DNA of 64,000 bases, taken from contig CAWDUU010000004.1 of assembly GCA_963805545.1 (NCBI GenBank), forward strand, positions 13,255-77,254, written 5' to 3'. The notes below the pieces were generated by a model. It saw only the letters and a program-made list of their open reading frames with translations, ran no database searches and was not told the origin of the DNA. Both the position numbers and the translations under genes were made by a program. Below, piece after piece: positions 1 through 9,476 of the stretch. The stretch is from an uncultured Actinomycetes bacterium. GTDB taxonomy: Bacteria > Actinomycetota > Thermoleophilia > Gaiellales > JAICJC01. Position 1 is the first letter of the stretch; each line of letters begins with the position of its first letter.

Positions 1-211
1 CGATCGCGGCCACCGCGACCGCTGCGAGGAGCCGGCGGCGGGCCGTGCCGGTGTGGTGAACGTGCGCCATCAGGTGCCTCGTCTCGTCGGGTTGGTGGGG
101 TCAGCGCCTGGCGGCGTCGAGCGGTGCTCGCAGGAGCTTCTCATACCGGCCGGCCGCCCGGCCACGCGACGCGGCGCGAGTCCACCGCGTCGACTAGCGT
201 CCGGCCACTCC

Positions 212-778
212 ATGCAGGAGCAGCACCTGATCGAGACGAGATCGCCGGAATCCCGAGCCCTGGTCGAGCGGATCAAGGTGGCGACCAGGCTCTCGGCCAG
301 GCTCAGCGAGCACGGCATGGGCGACGACGAACTCCGGCGGACGTTTGAGGAGCTGATCGGAACGCCGGTCGGCGCCGGCTTCACCATGATCCCGCCGTTC
401 TACTCCGACTACGGCCTCAACATCACGGTCGGCAACGGCGTCTTCATCGGATCCGGGTGCGCGTTCACCGGGCACGCGCCCATCGCCATCGGAGATGCCG
501 TGATGATCGCCCACAAGGTCAACCTCGTGACGGCCGGCCATCCCGTCGAGCCCGAGAACCGGCGCCGCTACATCACCGCCGAGCCGATCACGGTCGAGTC
601 GGACGTGTGGATCGGCGTCGCCGCCACGGTCCTGCCGGGAGTGACGATCGGGGCGGGCTCGGTCGTCGCGGCCGGTGCCGTGGTGACGCACGACATCCCG
701 CCCGCGACCATGGTGGCGGGCGTCCCGGCCCGCGTCGTCAGGTACCTGTCGCTCAGCCGTGGCGCACAGCCCGGCTAG
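212..778 (+). CDS. Sugar O-acetyltransferase (maltose/galactoside acetyltransferase, left-handed beta-helix)
   Basis: PPFYSDYGLNI motif, hexapeptide repeats (VWIGVAATVLPGVTIGAGSVVAAGAVVTHD, VAGVPARV); start moved to ATG 212 within ORF 53..778. Confidence 0.85.
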   Translation: MQEQHLIETRSPESRALVERIKVATRLSARLSEHGMGDDELRRTFEELIGTPVGAGFTMIPPFYSDYGLNITVGNGVFIGSGCAFTGHAPIAIGDAVMIAHKVNLVTAGHPVEPENRRRYITAEPITVESDVWIGVAATVLPGVTIGAGSVVAAGAVVTHDIPPATMVAGVPARVVRYLSLSRGAQPG

Positions 779-837
779 ACGCGCGAGTGGACGCCGCCGC
801 TCTCGTCAGGCAACTCAACGAGCGTCAGCCAGGGGGC

Positions 838-859
838 GCTCCGAGGCCGTTCCGGACGC
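838..859 (+). repeat. 22-bp element GCTCCGAGGCCGTTCCGGACGC, inverted near-copy of 2088..2109
   Basis: 20/22 identity to the reverse complement of 2088..2109 (GTTCCGAGGCCGTTCCAGACGC); the pair flanks the sigma/anti-sigma genes. Confidence 0.55.
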
Positions 860-928
860 AGGACTGAGCGTGAGTCTCGGCCGAATCACACCACGTCTGC
901 GGCCCAACCCGCCCCCTACCTCGCTCGT

Positions 929-1513
929 CTAGGCCGAGCGCAGAACCACGCGCCCGCCCTCGGGCCCGCCGGCCTTCTCGAGCGTGACCCAGCAGGCGCC
1001 CCAGTGCATGCCGGCGGAGATCGCCGTGCGGACGGTCGCGGCGCCCGACGAGCTCGTGTTGAAGGTGACCGCGGAGACCCTGTCGCCCGAGACGTTGAAC
1101 CACATCTCGTAGTACCACCCGGGCCCGGCCGGGCGCAGGTTGTGCACCTTGACCAGCATCGGCCGCGTGCCCTGGTCGGCGGAGCCGAAGTCCACGGTGG
1201 CCGAGGCTCCGGCAGGGCCGGCGAGCGCCAGCGTCCGCTCGGCGTCGAACGGCGAGCCGTTGCCGCCGACGCCGATCAGGAGCGCCGCCGCGGCGGCCGC
1301 CGCCATGACCGCGACTCCGGCCGAGAGCCGGGCGAGCCGAACGCGGGGCAGCCGCCGCCGCCGCACGATCGTGACATCGGGGCGCCGGTCCGCGCCGGGC
1401 CCGCCGAGGGCGGCCTCGCGGGCGACGGCCTCCAGCCCGGGCGGCACGGCCACCGGGGCGTGCGCCGCGCGCAGCAGCTGCTCGACGCGGTCGAACTCGT
1501 CGTTGGCGCTCAT
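929..1513 (-). CDS. Anti-sigma factor, RskA/anti-sigma-K-like (one TM helix plus extracytoplasmic domain)
   Basis: ATGA overlap with upstream ECF sigma; TM segment; C-terminal NLRPAGPGWYYEMW...VTLE motif typical of RskA-type domains. Confidence 0.75.
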   Translation of the reverse strand: MSANDEFDRVEQLLRAAHAPVAVPPGLEAVAREAALGGPGADRRPDVTIVRRRRLPRVRLARLSAGVAVMAAAAAAALLIGVGGNGSPFDAERTLALAGPAGASATVDFGSADQGTRPMLVKVHNLRPAGPGWYYEMWFNVSGDRVSAVTFNTSSSGAATVRTAISAGMHWGACWVTLEKAGGPEGGRVVLRSA

Positions 1514-2067
1514 CGCATCACCCCCCGGTCATGGAGCACGCCCGCGAGCCGGGCGAGCGCGGTGCGGGTGCGCGTCTTCACCGTCCCGAGAGGCAGGCCC
1601 AGCCGCTGGGAGATCTCGCTCTGGGAGAGCCCGGAGTAGTAGGCGAGCTCGATGACGTCCCGCTCGCGCTCCGGAAGCGAGTCGACCGCGGCGTGCACCT
1701 CGAACGCCTCCATCTCGGCGATCGCCGTCGCCTCGGGAAGCGGGCCGTGGTCGGGAACGTCGGGCGCCTCGCCGACGACGAGCGGCACGCGCGCGCGGGC
1801 CGCGTCGACCGCGGCGTTGCGCGCGATCGCAAACAGCCAGGCCGAGGCGGTGCCGCGCTCGCGCCGGTAGCCGCGCGCCGCCCGCCACACCGCGGCGAAC
1901 GCCTCCTGCGAGACGTCGTCGGCCGCGTGGTGGTCGCGCAGCACCCGCTGGATGAGCGAATAGATCGCCCGGCTGTAACGCCGGTACAGGACTTCGAAGG
2001 CCTCGGAATCGCGCTCCGTTGCGACCTGTTCGAGCAGATCCTCGTCGGACAGGCCCCCCGATTCCAT
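1510..2067 (-). CDS. ECF RNA polymerase sigma factor (SigK-like)
   Basis: Region 2 (AFEVLYRRY, DDVSQEAF, WLFAIARNAAVD) and region 4 (LSQSEISQRLGLPLGTVKTR); TACCCT 7 nt before ATG 2067 supports a leaderless start. Confidence 0.9.
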   Translation of the reverse strand: MESGGLSDEDLLEQVATERDSEAFEVLYRRYSRAIYSLIQRVLRDHHAADDVSQEAFAAVWRAARGYRRERGTASAWLFAIARNAAVDAARARVPLVVGEAPDVPDHGPLPEATAIAEMEAFEVHAAVDSLPERERDVIELAYYSGLSQSEISQRLGLPLGTVKTRTRTALARLAGVLHDRGVMR

Positions 2068-2074
2068 GCGGCGG

Positions 2075-2110
2075 AGGGTACTTGATCGCGTCTGGAACGG
2101 CCTCGGAACG
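2075..2110 (-). promoter_or_regulatory. Promoter of ECF gene: CGTTCC-N5-CGTTCC direct repeat, then TACCCT -10
   Basis: Minus strand reads CGTTCCGAGGCCGTTCC-AGACGCGATCAAG-TACCCT-CCGCCGC-ATG. Confidence 0.5.
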
Positions 2111-2419
2111 GCGTAGGCGGCGGTCGTCATCTCAGGAGACATACGCCCGCCGTCTCGGACCGGTTTGTGACAACGGCCGATCCGAGGCAGCGCCGCCGGC
2201 GGCGGGCCTTCGCCGGTACACCGGAGACGCTGAACGACGCCGTCCCATAACGCCGAGGAGCAGTCATTCCGGCCCGGCAGCACCGCCTCGAATCAGCGAC
2301 ACTCTCCGCGCACCGCCGCGTGGGATCCACGCACCGGCCGGGGAGGAGGGTCGATCTCACGATGCGCGGTGCCGGCCGGGCGCGCGTCCCCCGAAACGGT
2401 ATTCGGCGAGCTGGGCGGC

Positions 2420-2836
2420 CTAGGGGAAGTCGGTGCCCATGTGGGCGTCGGCGGAGCCGATGCGAAGGCCTGCCGACATGAGATCGCGGATGCTCACGAT
2501 CCCCACGAGCTCGTCCCCGTCCATGACTGGGATGTGCCGGAAGCGCCGCTCGCTCATGATCTGGGCCGCCTCGCTCGGGGGGTGGTCGGGCGGGAGCGTC
2601 ACCGGGTCGGCGGTCATGTAGGACTGCACCTGGCCGACGTCCGGATGGCGGCTGTCGGCGATCGCGCGCAGCAGGTCGCGCTCGGTGAAGATGCCGACCA
2701 CCGCCCCGCCCTCGACGACGACGGCGGCGCCCACGTCCCGCTTGCGAAGCGCCCGAGCGGCCTCGCCCAGCGTCGCGGACGGCTCGATGGTCAGGACATC
2801 GCCGCTGCTCATGAAATCCCGCAGGGTGACGGCCAT
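2420..2836 (-). CDS. CBS-domain protein (tandem CBS pair)
   Basis: VGIFTERDLLRA and RHIPVMDGDELVGIVSIRDL; TAGGAT -10 7 nt upstream. Confidence 0.9.
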   Translation of the reverse strand: MAVTLRDFMSSGDVLTIEPSATLGEAARALRKRDVGAAVVVEGGAVVGIFTERDLLRAIADSRHPDVGQVQSYMTADPVTLPPDHPPSEAAQIMSERRFRHIPVMDGDELVGIVSIRDLMSAGLRIGSADAHMGTDFP

Positions 2837-2846
2837 CAGGGCAATC

Positions 2847-3176
2847 CTACTCGTTCGCGGAGGGCCGCAACCGCATCTCGAGGAAGAGTTCGGCGTCGAG
2901 GGCGTCGGCGATCCGCATCAGCGTGTCGAGCTTCGGCGGCCGTCCGCCCCGCTCCAGGCGCGCGATCGCCGACTGGGTCGTGCCGCACAGGATCGCGAGC
3001 TCCTGCTGTGACATCCCCCGCCGCAGCCGGTTCGCGGCGACCATGCGCCCGACCTCGGCGAAGCGCTGTTCGTGGTCGCCGCCGAGCGTCTCCGCGCGCT
3101 TGCGCAGTCCCTCGCGCATGCGCTCCAGCGACTGGGTCGTGAGCCGCCTGCGATGGGCATGAGGATGGCTTGCCAC
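2847..3176 (-). CDS. XRE-family helix-turn-helix transcriptional regulator
   Basis: RLRRGMSQQELAILCGTTQSAIARLERG; TACCAT 6 nt before GTG. Confidence 0.85.
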   Translation of the reverse strand: MASHPHAHRRRLTTQSLERMREGLRKRAETLGGDHEQRFAEVGRMVAANRLRRGMSQQELAILCGTTQSAIARLERGGRPPKLDTLMRIADALDAELFLEMRLRPSANE

Positions 3177-3269
3177 GACCGCATGGTATCGCGCACACGC
3201 TATCCTCGCCAGACGGCCGCGTCCCGGCGGGGCGCAACCCGGGCCGCGGATGCCCCGTCAGTTGCCTCG

Positions 3270-4499
3270 ATGCGGCGCGTCGCCATCACGGGGCTGGGGG
3301 CGGTGACCCCGGTCGGAAACGACCTGCAATCGACCTGGGACGCACTCGTCGCGGGCCGAAGCGGCGTGGACGTGATCCGGGCCTTCGACGCGACCGGGTT
3401 CCCGGTCAACATCGCCGCCGAGGTGAAGGACTTCGACGCGACGAAGGCGATGTCGGCCAAGGAGGTGCGGCGCACCTCCCACGACGTCCACTTCGCCGTC
3501 GCGGCGGCGATGGAGGCGGCCGCCGACGCCGAGCTCGTCGTCGACAAGCCGGCCCGGACGGGCGTCGTGATCGGGAGCGTGATGGGCGGCCTGCCCTACA
3601 CGCTCCAGCAGCAGCGGATCCTCGAGGAGCGCGGCTGGGAGCGGGTGTCGCCCCACTGGCTCCCGAACACGCTGGTCGACACGTCGACGAGCCACGTCGC
3701 GACGATGCTGGGCGCCCGGGGGATCAACTACGCGACCGAGTCGGCATGCGCGACCGGCACCCACGCCATCGGCGAGGCGGCCGCCGCGATCGCCCGCGAC
3801 CAGGCCGACGTCGTCCTGGCCGGCGCCACCGAGTCGTCGATGGTGCCGATCATCCTGGCCGGCTTCTGCGCGATGCGGGCGCTCGTGGACGGTCGCGACG
3901 ACCCGGCCGGCGCATCGCGGCCGTTCGACGCCACCCGGGCCGGCTTCGTCATGGCCGAGGGCGCGGCGGTGCTCGTGCTCGAGGAGCTGGAGCGGGCCCG
4001 GGCGCGCGGCGCGCGGATCTACGCCGAGCTCGCCGGCTACGGCGCGTCGAACGACGCCTACCACATCGCCACCCCCCACCCCGAGTCGATCGGCGTCATC
4101 GAGATGATGCGCGACGCGCTCGAACGGGCCGGGATGCGGCCCGACGAGATCGACTACGTGAACGCGCACGGGACGTCCACGCCCTACAACGACGCCGCCG
4201 AGACGCAGGCGATCAAGCAGGTGTTCGGCGACCACGCCTACAGGATGGCGATCTCGTCGAACAAGTCGATGATCGGGCATCTGTTCGGCGCGGCGGGGGC
4301 GGTCGAGGCGCTCGCCACCGCGCTCACGATCCATCACGGCGTCATCCCGCCCACCATCAACCTCCACCATCCCGACCCGGAGTGCGACCTCGACTACGTC
4401 CCGAACACCGCCCGGACGGCCGACGTGCGGACGGGGCTCTCGAACTCGATGGGGCTCGGCGGCCACAACGCCTGCCTGATCCTGCGCCGGGTGGAGTGA
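3270..4499 (+). CDS. fabF: Beta-ketoacyl-ACP synthase II
   Basis: RRVAITGLGAVTPVG, catalytic Cys in SACATGTHAIG, YVNAHGTSTPYND, GHLFGAAGAVE, SNSMGLGGHN. Confidence 0.92.
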   Translation: MRRVAITGLGAVTPVGNDLQSTWDALVAGRSGVDVIRAFDATGFPVNIAAEVKDFDATKAMSAKEVRRTSHDVHFAVAAAMEAAADAELVVDKPARTGVVIGSVMGGLPYTLQQQRILEERGWERVSPHWLPNTLVDTSTSHVATMLGARGINYATESACATGTHAIGEAAAAIARDQADVVLAGATESSMVPIILAGFCAMRALVDGRDDPAGASRPFDATRAGFVMAEGAAVLVLEELERARARGARIYAELAGYGASNDAYHIATPHPESIGVIEMMRDALERAGMRPDEIDYVNAHGTSTPYNDAAETQAIKQVFGDHAYRMAISSNKSMIGHLFGAAGAVEALATALTIHHGVIPPTINLHHPDPECDLDYVPNTARTADVRTGLSNSMGLGGHNACLILRRVE

Positions 4500-4503
4500 C
4501 GGC

Positions 4504-4938
4504 TCAGGCGGCGTCGGCCTGGAGGGCCGACATGCCGAAGAGGCCCGGCAGGTTGAGCAGGACGACCATGCGGTCGTCGACCTTTGCGATCGCCGTGACC
4601 GCGTCGGGGTCGGCGCTCGGCGTGACCTCGAGCTCGTCGGCGGACACCGTCCGCACCTCGTCCACGTCGTCGACGATGACGCCGACCGTGCCGGCCGGAG
4701 TCTCGGCGACCACCGTCTTCGGGTGCTCGCAGCCCTGGCCGGGAAGGCCCAGGCGGCCGGCGAGGTCGCAGACCGGGATGATCTTCCCGCGCAGGTTGAT
4801 CACGCCCTTCAGCCACGGCGTGTCTGAGGCCAGCGAGCGCGGCTCCGTGTGGCGGATGATCTCCTGCACCGTCGTGATCGGAAGCGCGTACTGCTCGCCG
4901 TGAAGCGAGAAGATGACGAGCTGTTGCGTGTCGCTCAT
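4504..4938 (-). CDS. cheW: CheW-like chemotaxis coupling protein (orphan)
   Basis: QLVIFSLHGEQYALPITTVQEII, GVINLRGKIIPVCDL, GVIVDDVDEV. Confidence 0.9.
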   Translation of the reverse strand: MSDTQQLVIFSLHGEQYALPITTVQEIIRHTEPRSLASDTPWLKGVINLRGKIIPVCDLAGRLGLPGQGCEHPKTVVAETPAGTVGVIVDDVDEVRTVSADELEVTPSADPDAVTAIAKVDDRMVVLLNLPGLFGMSALQADAA

Positions 4939-5014
4939 ACCCCTGTGATCGGCCGCCCGGGCACGGCCTCCCTCGCCGCTTCCGCGTAACCGCGCTGCGG
5001 GAAACCCGAAGCCC

Positions 5015-5641
5015 TCAGCCGAGGCCGGTGCGGCGCTCCGCGGCACGGCGCGGCGCGCGCGTGCTGAACACGGCGTCGATCAGGCCGTAGTCCTGGGCCT
5101 CCGCCGGCGTCATGAAGTTGTCGCGCTGCGTGTCGATGTGGATCTGGTCGACGGTCCTGCCCGTATCGTGGGCCATGAGCTCCTCCATCCGCCGCTGGAG
5201 CGCGAGGATCTCGCGGGCCCGGATCTCGACGTCGGTCGCCTGGCCCTCGAATCCGCTCGTGTGCCCCTGGTGGATCATGATCTTCGAGTTGGGGAGCGCC
5301 ATCCGCTTGCCCTTGGCCCCTCCGGCCAGGAGCGTCGCGCCCATCGACATCGCCATCCCGAAGCAGATCGTGGCGACGTCGCAGCGGATGTACTGCATCG
5401 CGTCGTAGATCGCGAGCCCCGCGTACACGTCGCCGCCCGGCGAGTTGATGTAGAGGGCGATGTCCTTGTCGGGCTCGTCGGACTCGAGGTGGATCATCTG
5501 GGCCACGATCAGGTTGGCGATCTCCGACGAGACCGGCGTCCCCAGGAAGACGATGCGGTCGTTCAGGAGCCGGGAGTAGATGTCGAACGAGCGCTCGCCG
5601 CGGGCGGTCTGCTCGACGACCATCGGGATCAGCGGTGACAT
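5015..5641 (-). CDS. clpP: ATP-dependent Clp protease proteolytic subunit
   Basis: [40 protein letters not shown] (catalytic Ser), KIMIHQ, RDNFM; GGAGG RBS. Confidence 0.95.
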   Translation of the reverse strand: MSPLIPMVVEQTARGERSFDIYSRLLNDRIVFLGTPVSSEIANLIVAQMIHLESDEPDKDIALYINSPGGDVYAGLAIYDAMQYIRCDVATICFGMAMSMGATLLAGGAKGKRMALPNSKIMIHQGHTSGFEGQATDVEIRAREILALQRRMEELMAHDTGRTVDQIHIDTQRDNFMTPAEAQDYGLIDAVFSTRAPRRAAERRTGLG

Positions 5642-5659
5642 GAGGCCTCCTTGGTATAG

Positions 5660-5704
5660 TGCAACCGATGAGTTGCGAGATACTAGCGCAACCTCACGGT
5701 TGCA
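5660..5704. promoter_or_regulatory. Two palindromic operators GCAACC-N4-(G/A)GTTGC in the clpP / SRPBCC-ArsR divergent region
   Basis: GCAACCGATGAGTTGC 5661..5676 and perfect GCAACCTCACGGTTGC 5688..5703; -10-like TATAGT (+) and TAGTAT (-) adjacent. Confidence 0.7.
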
Positions 5705-5720
5705 TATCCAGGAGGTACCC

Positions 5721-6140
5721 GTGTCCGACTCCGTGACCCGCGAGACCGTGCTCGACCTCGACCGCGACGACGCCTGGCACGCCGTCACCGACGCCGAGCA
5801 GCTCGAGCAGTGGCTGGCCGACGAGGTCGAGATCGACCTCGTCGAGGGCGGCGACCTGCGCGTCCGCTACGACGACGGGCGCGAGCGCCACGGGACGGTC
5901 GAGGAGGTGTCCGCGCCCGAGCGGGTCGTCTTCCGGTGGCATCCCGTGCCCGACGCCGACCTCGAGACGACCGTGCGGATCGAGCTCGAGCCGGCCGACG
6001 CGGGAACGCGGGTGATCGTGGTCGAGACCGGGTTCGACATCCTCCCGGTGGCGAGCGCGCAGGCCTGCGCCGCCGTCAACGCCTGGGCGTGGGAGGCGAG
6101 GCTCCAGGCCGCAGCCGGGCCGGTGATGATCGCGGCATGA
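5721..6140 (+). CDS. SRPBCC/AHSA1-domain protein
   Basis: [32 protein letters not shown]; GGAGG RBS before GTG 5721. Confidence 0.85.
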   Translation: MSDSVTRETVLDLDRDDAWHAVTDAEQLEQWLADEVEIDLVEGGDLRVRYDDGRERHGTVEEVSAPERVVFRWHPVPDADLETTVRIELEPADAGTRVIVVETGFDILPVASAQACAAVNAWAWEARLQAAAGPVMIAA

Positions 6141-6460
6141 CCGCCGACGCCGTCGGCGCGACCTTCGCCGCGCTCGCCGACCCCACCCGCCGGCACGTCA
6201 TCGACCTCCTCGCCGACCGCGAGGTGGTCACCGCCAGCGAGCTCGCACGCGACCTGCCCATCACCCGGCAGGCCGTGTCGAAGCACCTCGCCACCCTGGC
6301 CGACGCAGGCCTCGTGACGGCGCAGCGGGCGGGCCGCGAGACCCGCTACCGGCTGACCCCGGCCCCGCTCACCGACGCGCGGCGCTGGATCGACGGCGTC
6401 GGCGCCGAGTGGGAGTCGCGCCTGGCGCGGCTGGCGGAGCACGCCAAACGAAGCCCGTAG
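6137..6460 (+). CDS. ArsR/SmtB-family transcriptional regulator
   Basis: FAALADPTRRHVIDLL, ITRQAVSKHLATLADAGLV, GRETRY; ATGA overlap. Confidence 0.9.
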   Translation: MTADAVGATFAALADPTRRHVIDLLADREVVTASELARDLPITRQAVSKHLATLADAGLVTAQRAGRETRYRLTPAPLTDARRWIDGVGAEWESRLARLAEHAKRSP

Positions 6461-6485
6461 CCGTGTGCGCGAGTATCCTGGCGGC

Positions 6486-7523
6486 ATGTCGACCGTGCGC
6501 CGGGCGAACCCGCTCATGAGCCAGGCCGAGGCGCGCGAGCTGGGCCTCGACCGCGAGCACCTGGTGGGCATGTACCGGGACATGCTCGCGACCCGGCTCA
6601 TCGAGGAGCGCGGCAACCTGCTCTTCAAGGCCGGCAAGCTGCCCGGGAGCTACTACACGGGGCGCGGGAACGAGGCCGCGTCGGTCGGCGTGGCAACCGC
6701 GATGGGGGGCCACGACGTCGCGTCGCCGCTCCACCGGAACCTGGGCGTGCACGTCGTACGCGGCATCCCGCCGGCCGCGATCTTCTGCCAGTTCATGGGC
6801 CGCGACGGCGGCGCCACGCGCGGGCGCGACTCCAACCTGCGCTCGAACGACTTCGGCCCCGGCAAGGGTCTTCTGGCCGGCGTGAGCCACCTGCCCGCCA
6901 TGATCCCGGTCATCACGGGGATCGCGCTCGCGTTCCAGCTGCGCCGTGAGGACCGGGTGGCGATCGGCTGGTGCGGCGACGGCGCGGCCGCGCGCGGCGA
7001 CATGCACGAGTCGATGAACCTGGCGGGCGTCCGCCGGCTGCCGATCGTCTACGTCATCGACAACAACCAGTACGCCTACTCGACGCCGAACCGGCTGTCG
7101 TTCGCCTGCGAGCACCTGGCCGACCGCGGCCCGGCGTACGGGTTCGAGGGCATCGTCGTCGACGGCACCGACGTCGTGACGGTGTTCCGCGAGGCGCAGC
7201 GGGCCATCGAGAAGGCCCGCGAGGGCGGCGGGCCGACGGTCATCGAGCTCATCACGCTGCGGATGGAGGGCCACGCCGTCCACGACGACGCCGGCTACGT
7301 GCCCCGCGAGCTCCTGGCCGAGTTCGGCGGCAAGGATCCGGTGGAGCGCTTCCGCACGTGGCTCGCCGAGGTCGAGGAGTGCTCCGAGGAGGAGTTCTCG
7401 GCCGTCGAGGACGAGGTGCGCGCCTGGATCGAGGCGGGCGTGCTCGAGGCCGAGACCAGCCCCCCGCCCGACCCGGCCGCCGTGCGGGAGGGCGTGTATG
7501 CCGGCGCCGAGCCGCTAGGCTGA
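6486..7523 (+). CDS. TPP-dependent 2-oxoacid dehydrogenase E1 alpha subunit
   Basis: GDGAAARGDMHESMNLA...NNQYAYST TPP motif, RMEGHAVHDD, DPVERF; TATCCT 6 nt before ATG 6486. Confidence 0.88.
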   Translation: MSTVRRANPLMSQAEARELGLDREHLVGMYRDMLATRLIEERGNLLFKAGKLPGSYYTGRGNEAASVGVATAMGGHDVASPLHRNLGVHVVRGIPPAAIFCQFMGRDGGATRGRDSNLRSNDFGPGKGLLAGVSHLPAMIPVITGIALAFQLRREDRVAIGWCGDGAAARGDMHESMNLAGVRRLPIVYVIDNNQYAYSTPNRLSFACEHLADRGPAYGFEGIVVDGTDVVTVFREAQRAIEKAREGGGPTVIELITLRMEGHAVHDDAGYVPRELLAEFGGKDPVERFRTWLAEVEECSEEEFSAVEDEVRAWIEAGVLEAETSPPPDPAAVREGVYAGAEPLG

Positions 7524-7529
7524 GGGGCC

Positions 7530-7799
7530 ATGAGCGAATTTCCCTTCGGCATGTTCGGAGATCCCGAGGAGCTTCAGAAGCAGATGGCCGCCTGGATGGA
7601 GCAGGCCCAGCAGGGCCAGCGCGTGGCGTTCGCCGACCAGGCGATCAACCTCGCGGTCGGCATGACGGTCGCCGCGATCGGGCGGCTCGACCTGAACGGC
7701 ACCGCCGACCAGCAGGCCGACCAGGTGCGCGACGCGATCCGGCTGATCTTCCCCGAGGCCGTCACCCTGGTGCGCGAGGCGCGCCAGGGGCTTTCGTAG
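7530..7799 (+). CDS. Small hypothetical helical protein
   Basis: 89-aa ORF with normal codon usage, in operon position after E1 alpha. Confidence 0.6.
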   Translation: MSEFPFGMFGDPEELQKQMAAWMEQAQQGQRVAFADQAINLAVGMTVAAIGRLDLNGTADQQADQVRDAIRLIFPEAVTLVREARQGLS

Positions 7800-7801
7800 C
7801 C

Positions 7802-8944
7802 CTAGGGCTCGACGAAGAGGGCGAGCGTGGCGGTGAAGCCGTGCAGGAAGCTGCGGCCGCCGACCGGGCCGATCTCGCCGGCGCAGAACATCCCGGCGAC
7901 AGGCGCGCCGCCCAGGGCGGCGGCGGTCGCGGAGGCGTCGTGGTCGGGCGTCCCGAAGAGCCCGGTGCCGCGCCCGTTGCAGGCGAAGAGGAGGCCGCCG
8001 CTCACGCGTCCGGGGAGGGCGATGCCGTCGTCGAGCGCGGCGCGCAGGCCGGCGTCTGCGGTGGAGGCGTCGCGGACGTGGAACCGGAACGTCTGCCCCA
8101 CGCGCGGCACGTCGCCGACCGCGATCGCCCCCGACTCGGGATCGCCGCCGAGGATGCCGCGGACGAGGTAGTCGTCGGGCCCGTAGTCGACGCGGTTCTC
8201 GTCGATCACGAGCCCGGCGAGGACTCCGCGCCGCGCCAGCTCGGCCTGCTCGGGGTCGAGCGAGCCGACGATCTCGACCAGCCGGCCGTAGGCGGGACGG
8301 CCGGCGAGCTCGTGGATGACGTTGGACTCGGCCCCGGTCACCACCATCTCGGGGCCGATCGGGGCGCATCCCTGCGAGACGAGCACCCGCAGCTCGACCG
8401 GCCCGGCCAGGTCGACGATCACCGCCCCCTCGCGGTGCACCTCCTCGCCGCAGAAGAGGACGTGCTCGCCGGCACCTCTCCCTCCCGAGGCCAGGCCGCC
8501 CACCGCGACCGGCGCGCCGGCGTCGTTCATGTCGTCGAGGAGCCGCTCGATCGGGAACGTGTACGGATCGGCGACGACCACCGCGGGCCCGGAGAACTCG
8601 ATCGTCTCGGAGTCGCCGGCTGAGAGGTGGCGGGCGCGCGCGGTTCCGGAGCCGAGCGAGGCGGCCAGGACGCTCACCGCCGGCCGGCCCTCGAACTCGT
8701 GGCCCGCGCCGATCACCGCCTCCGTGCTGGCGCCGATCAGGACGCCCGGATCGAGCTCGCCCCGCACCTCGGCGGCAACCCGCTCGGCTTCGGCCGCGTG
8801 CTCGGCAGAGACGAAGACGAACGCCACATCGGCGCGCGCCCCGGCGAGCTGTGCGCGCACCGCCGCGGCCGCCTCGGCGGCGCAGGCCCGCGCATCGGCG
8901 GCGAAGCCCGACGCGACGTCGACGGCGCAGCGGACGGCGGTCAC
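7802..8944 (-). CDS. FIST N/C-domain signal transduction protein
   Basis: VLVSQGCAPIG, LLFACNGRGTGLFG, AGMFCAGEIGPVGGRSFLHGFTA; GTGA overlap with OsmC gene. Confidence 0.88.
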   Translation of the reverse strand: MTAVRCAVDVASGFAADARACAAEAAAAVRAQLAGARADVAFVFVSAEHAAEAERVAAEVRGELDPGVLIGASTEAVIGAGHEFEGRPAVSVLAASLGSGTARARHLSAGDSETIEFSGPAVVVADPYTFPIERLLDDMNDAGAPVAVGGLASGGRGAGEHVLFCGEEVHREGAVIVDLAGPVELRVLVSQGCAPIGPEMVVTGAESNVIHELAGRPAYGRLVEIVGSLDPEQAELARRGVLAGLVIDENRVDYGPDDYLVRGILGGDPESGAIAVGDVPRVGQTFRFHVRDASTADAGLRAALDDGIALPGRVSGGLLFACNGRGTGLFGTPDHDASATAAALGGAPVAGMFCAGEIGPVGGRSFLHGFTATLALFVEP

Positions 8945-9381
8945 TCGATGACCCTCCAGTCGGTCGAGACCTCCGCGGTCGTCGAGGCCGAGATGAAGCA
9001 GTCGCGCTCGGCCTTCGGCGTGAGGTCGCGGGCCGCCTCGGCATGCCCGCCCGCCATCCGCACGTAGACGACCATCGCCACGGTCTGAAACGCGTACCGG
9101 CGGTCGGCGTTCCGGGCCAGCGACCCGGTCGCCTGCGAGCGGTAGCTCACGATCTCGAGGCCGTTGTGGGCGCAATGCGCGACGAACGACAGCATCGTGC
9201 ACGACTGGATCGACGCCAGGAAGAGATGCTCGGGGCTCCAGCCTGACTCGTCGCCGGCCGGGAAGTCGGGCGGCGGCACGACGGCGAGCGCCGGCCGGGC
9301 GCCCGAGGTGACCTCGGCTCGGCGGCCTCCGCGCCATTCCAGCTCCGCGTCGTACGTGAAGATCCGTGCGTCGAGCGCCAT
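8941..9381 (-). CDS. OsmC/Ohr-family protein
   Basis: WSPEHLFLASIQSCTMLSF and AERDCFISAS (two conserved Cys). Confidence 0.85.
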   Translation of the reverse strand: MALDARIFTYDAELEWRGGRRAEVTSGARPALAVVPPPDFPAGDESGWSPEHLFLASIQSCTMLSFVAHCAHNGLEIVSYRSQATGSLARNADRRYAFQTVAMVVYVRMAGGHAEAARDLTPKAERDCFISASTTAEVSTDWRVIE

Positions 9382-9476
9382 CCCCCTCCTTCAAGAGTGT
9401 GACTGAAGACTCCCACAACCGGGGGTCATCGGGTCATACCCGACCGTCCGATCTTGATACCGAAAGGGGGTCTCCA

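Noticed and set aside
3222-3239. 18-bp identity TCCCGGCGGGGCGCAACC with the reverse complement of 59873..59890
   Set aside because: Almost all G/C, so a chance match is plausible; at 59.9 kb it is part of an ordinary TTGCGC-N17-TACCGT promoter, with no equivalent -10 at 3.2 kb.
4940-5040. c-di-GMP riboswitch upstream of cheW
   Set aside because: No recognisable GEMM-I or class II consensus; the region is partly the clpP 3' end.
9400-9470. Riboswitch or sigma-28 promoter before the first Flp pilin
   Set aside because: Only a weak TCCGATCT -10-like element and a short hairpin; no consensus match.
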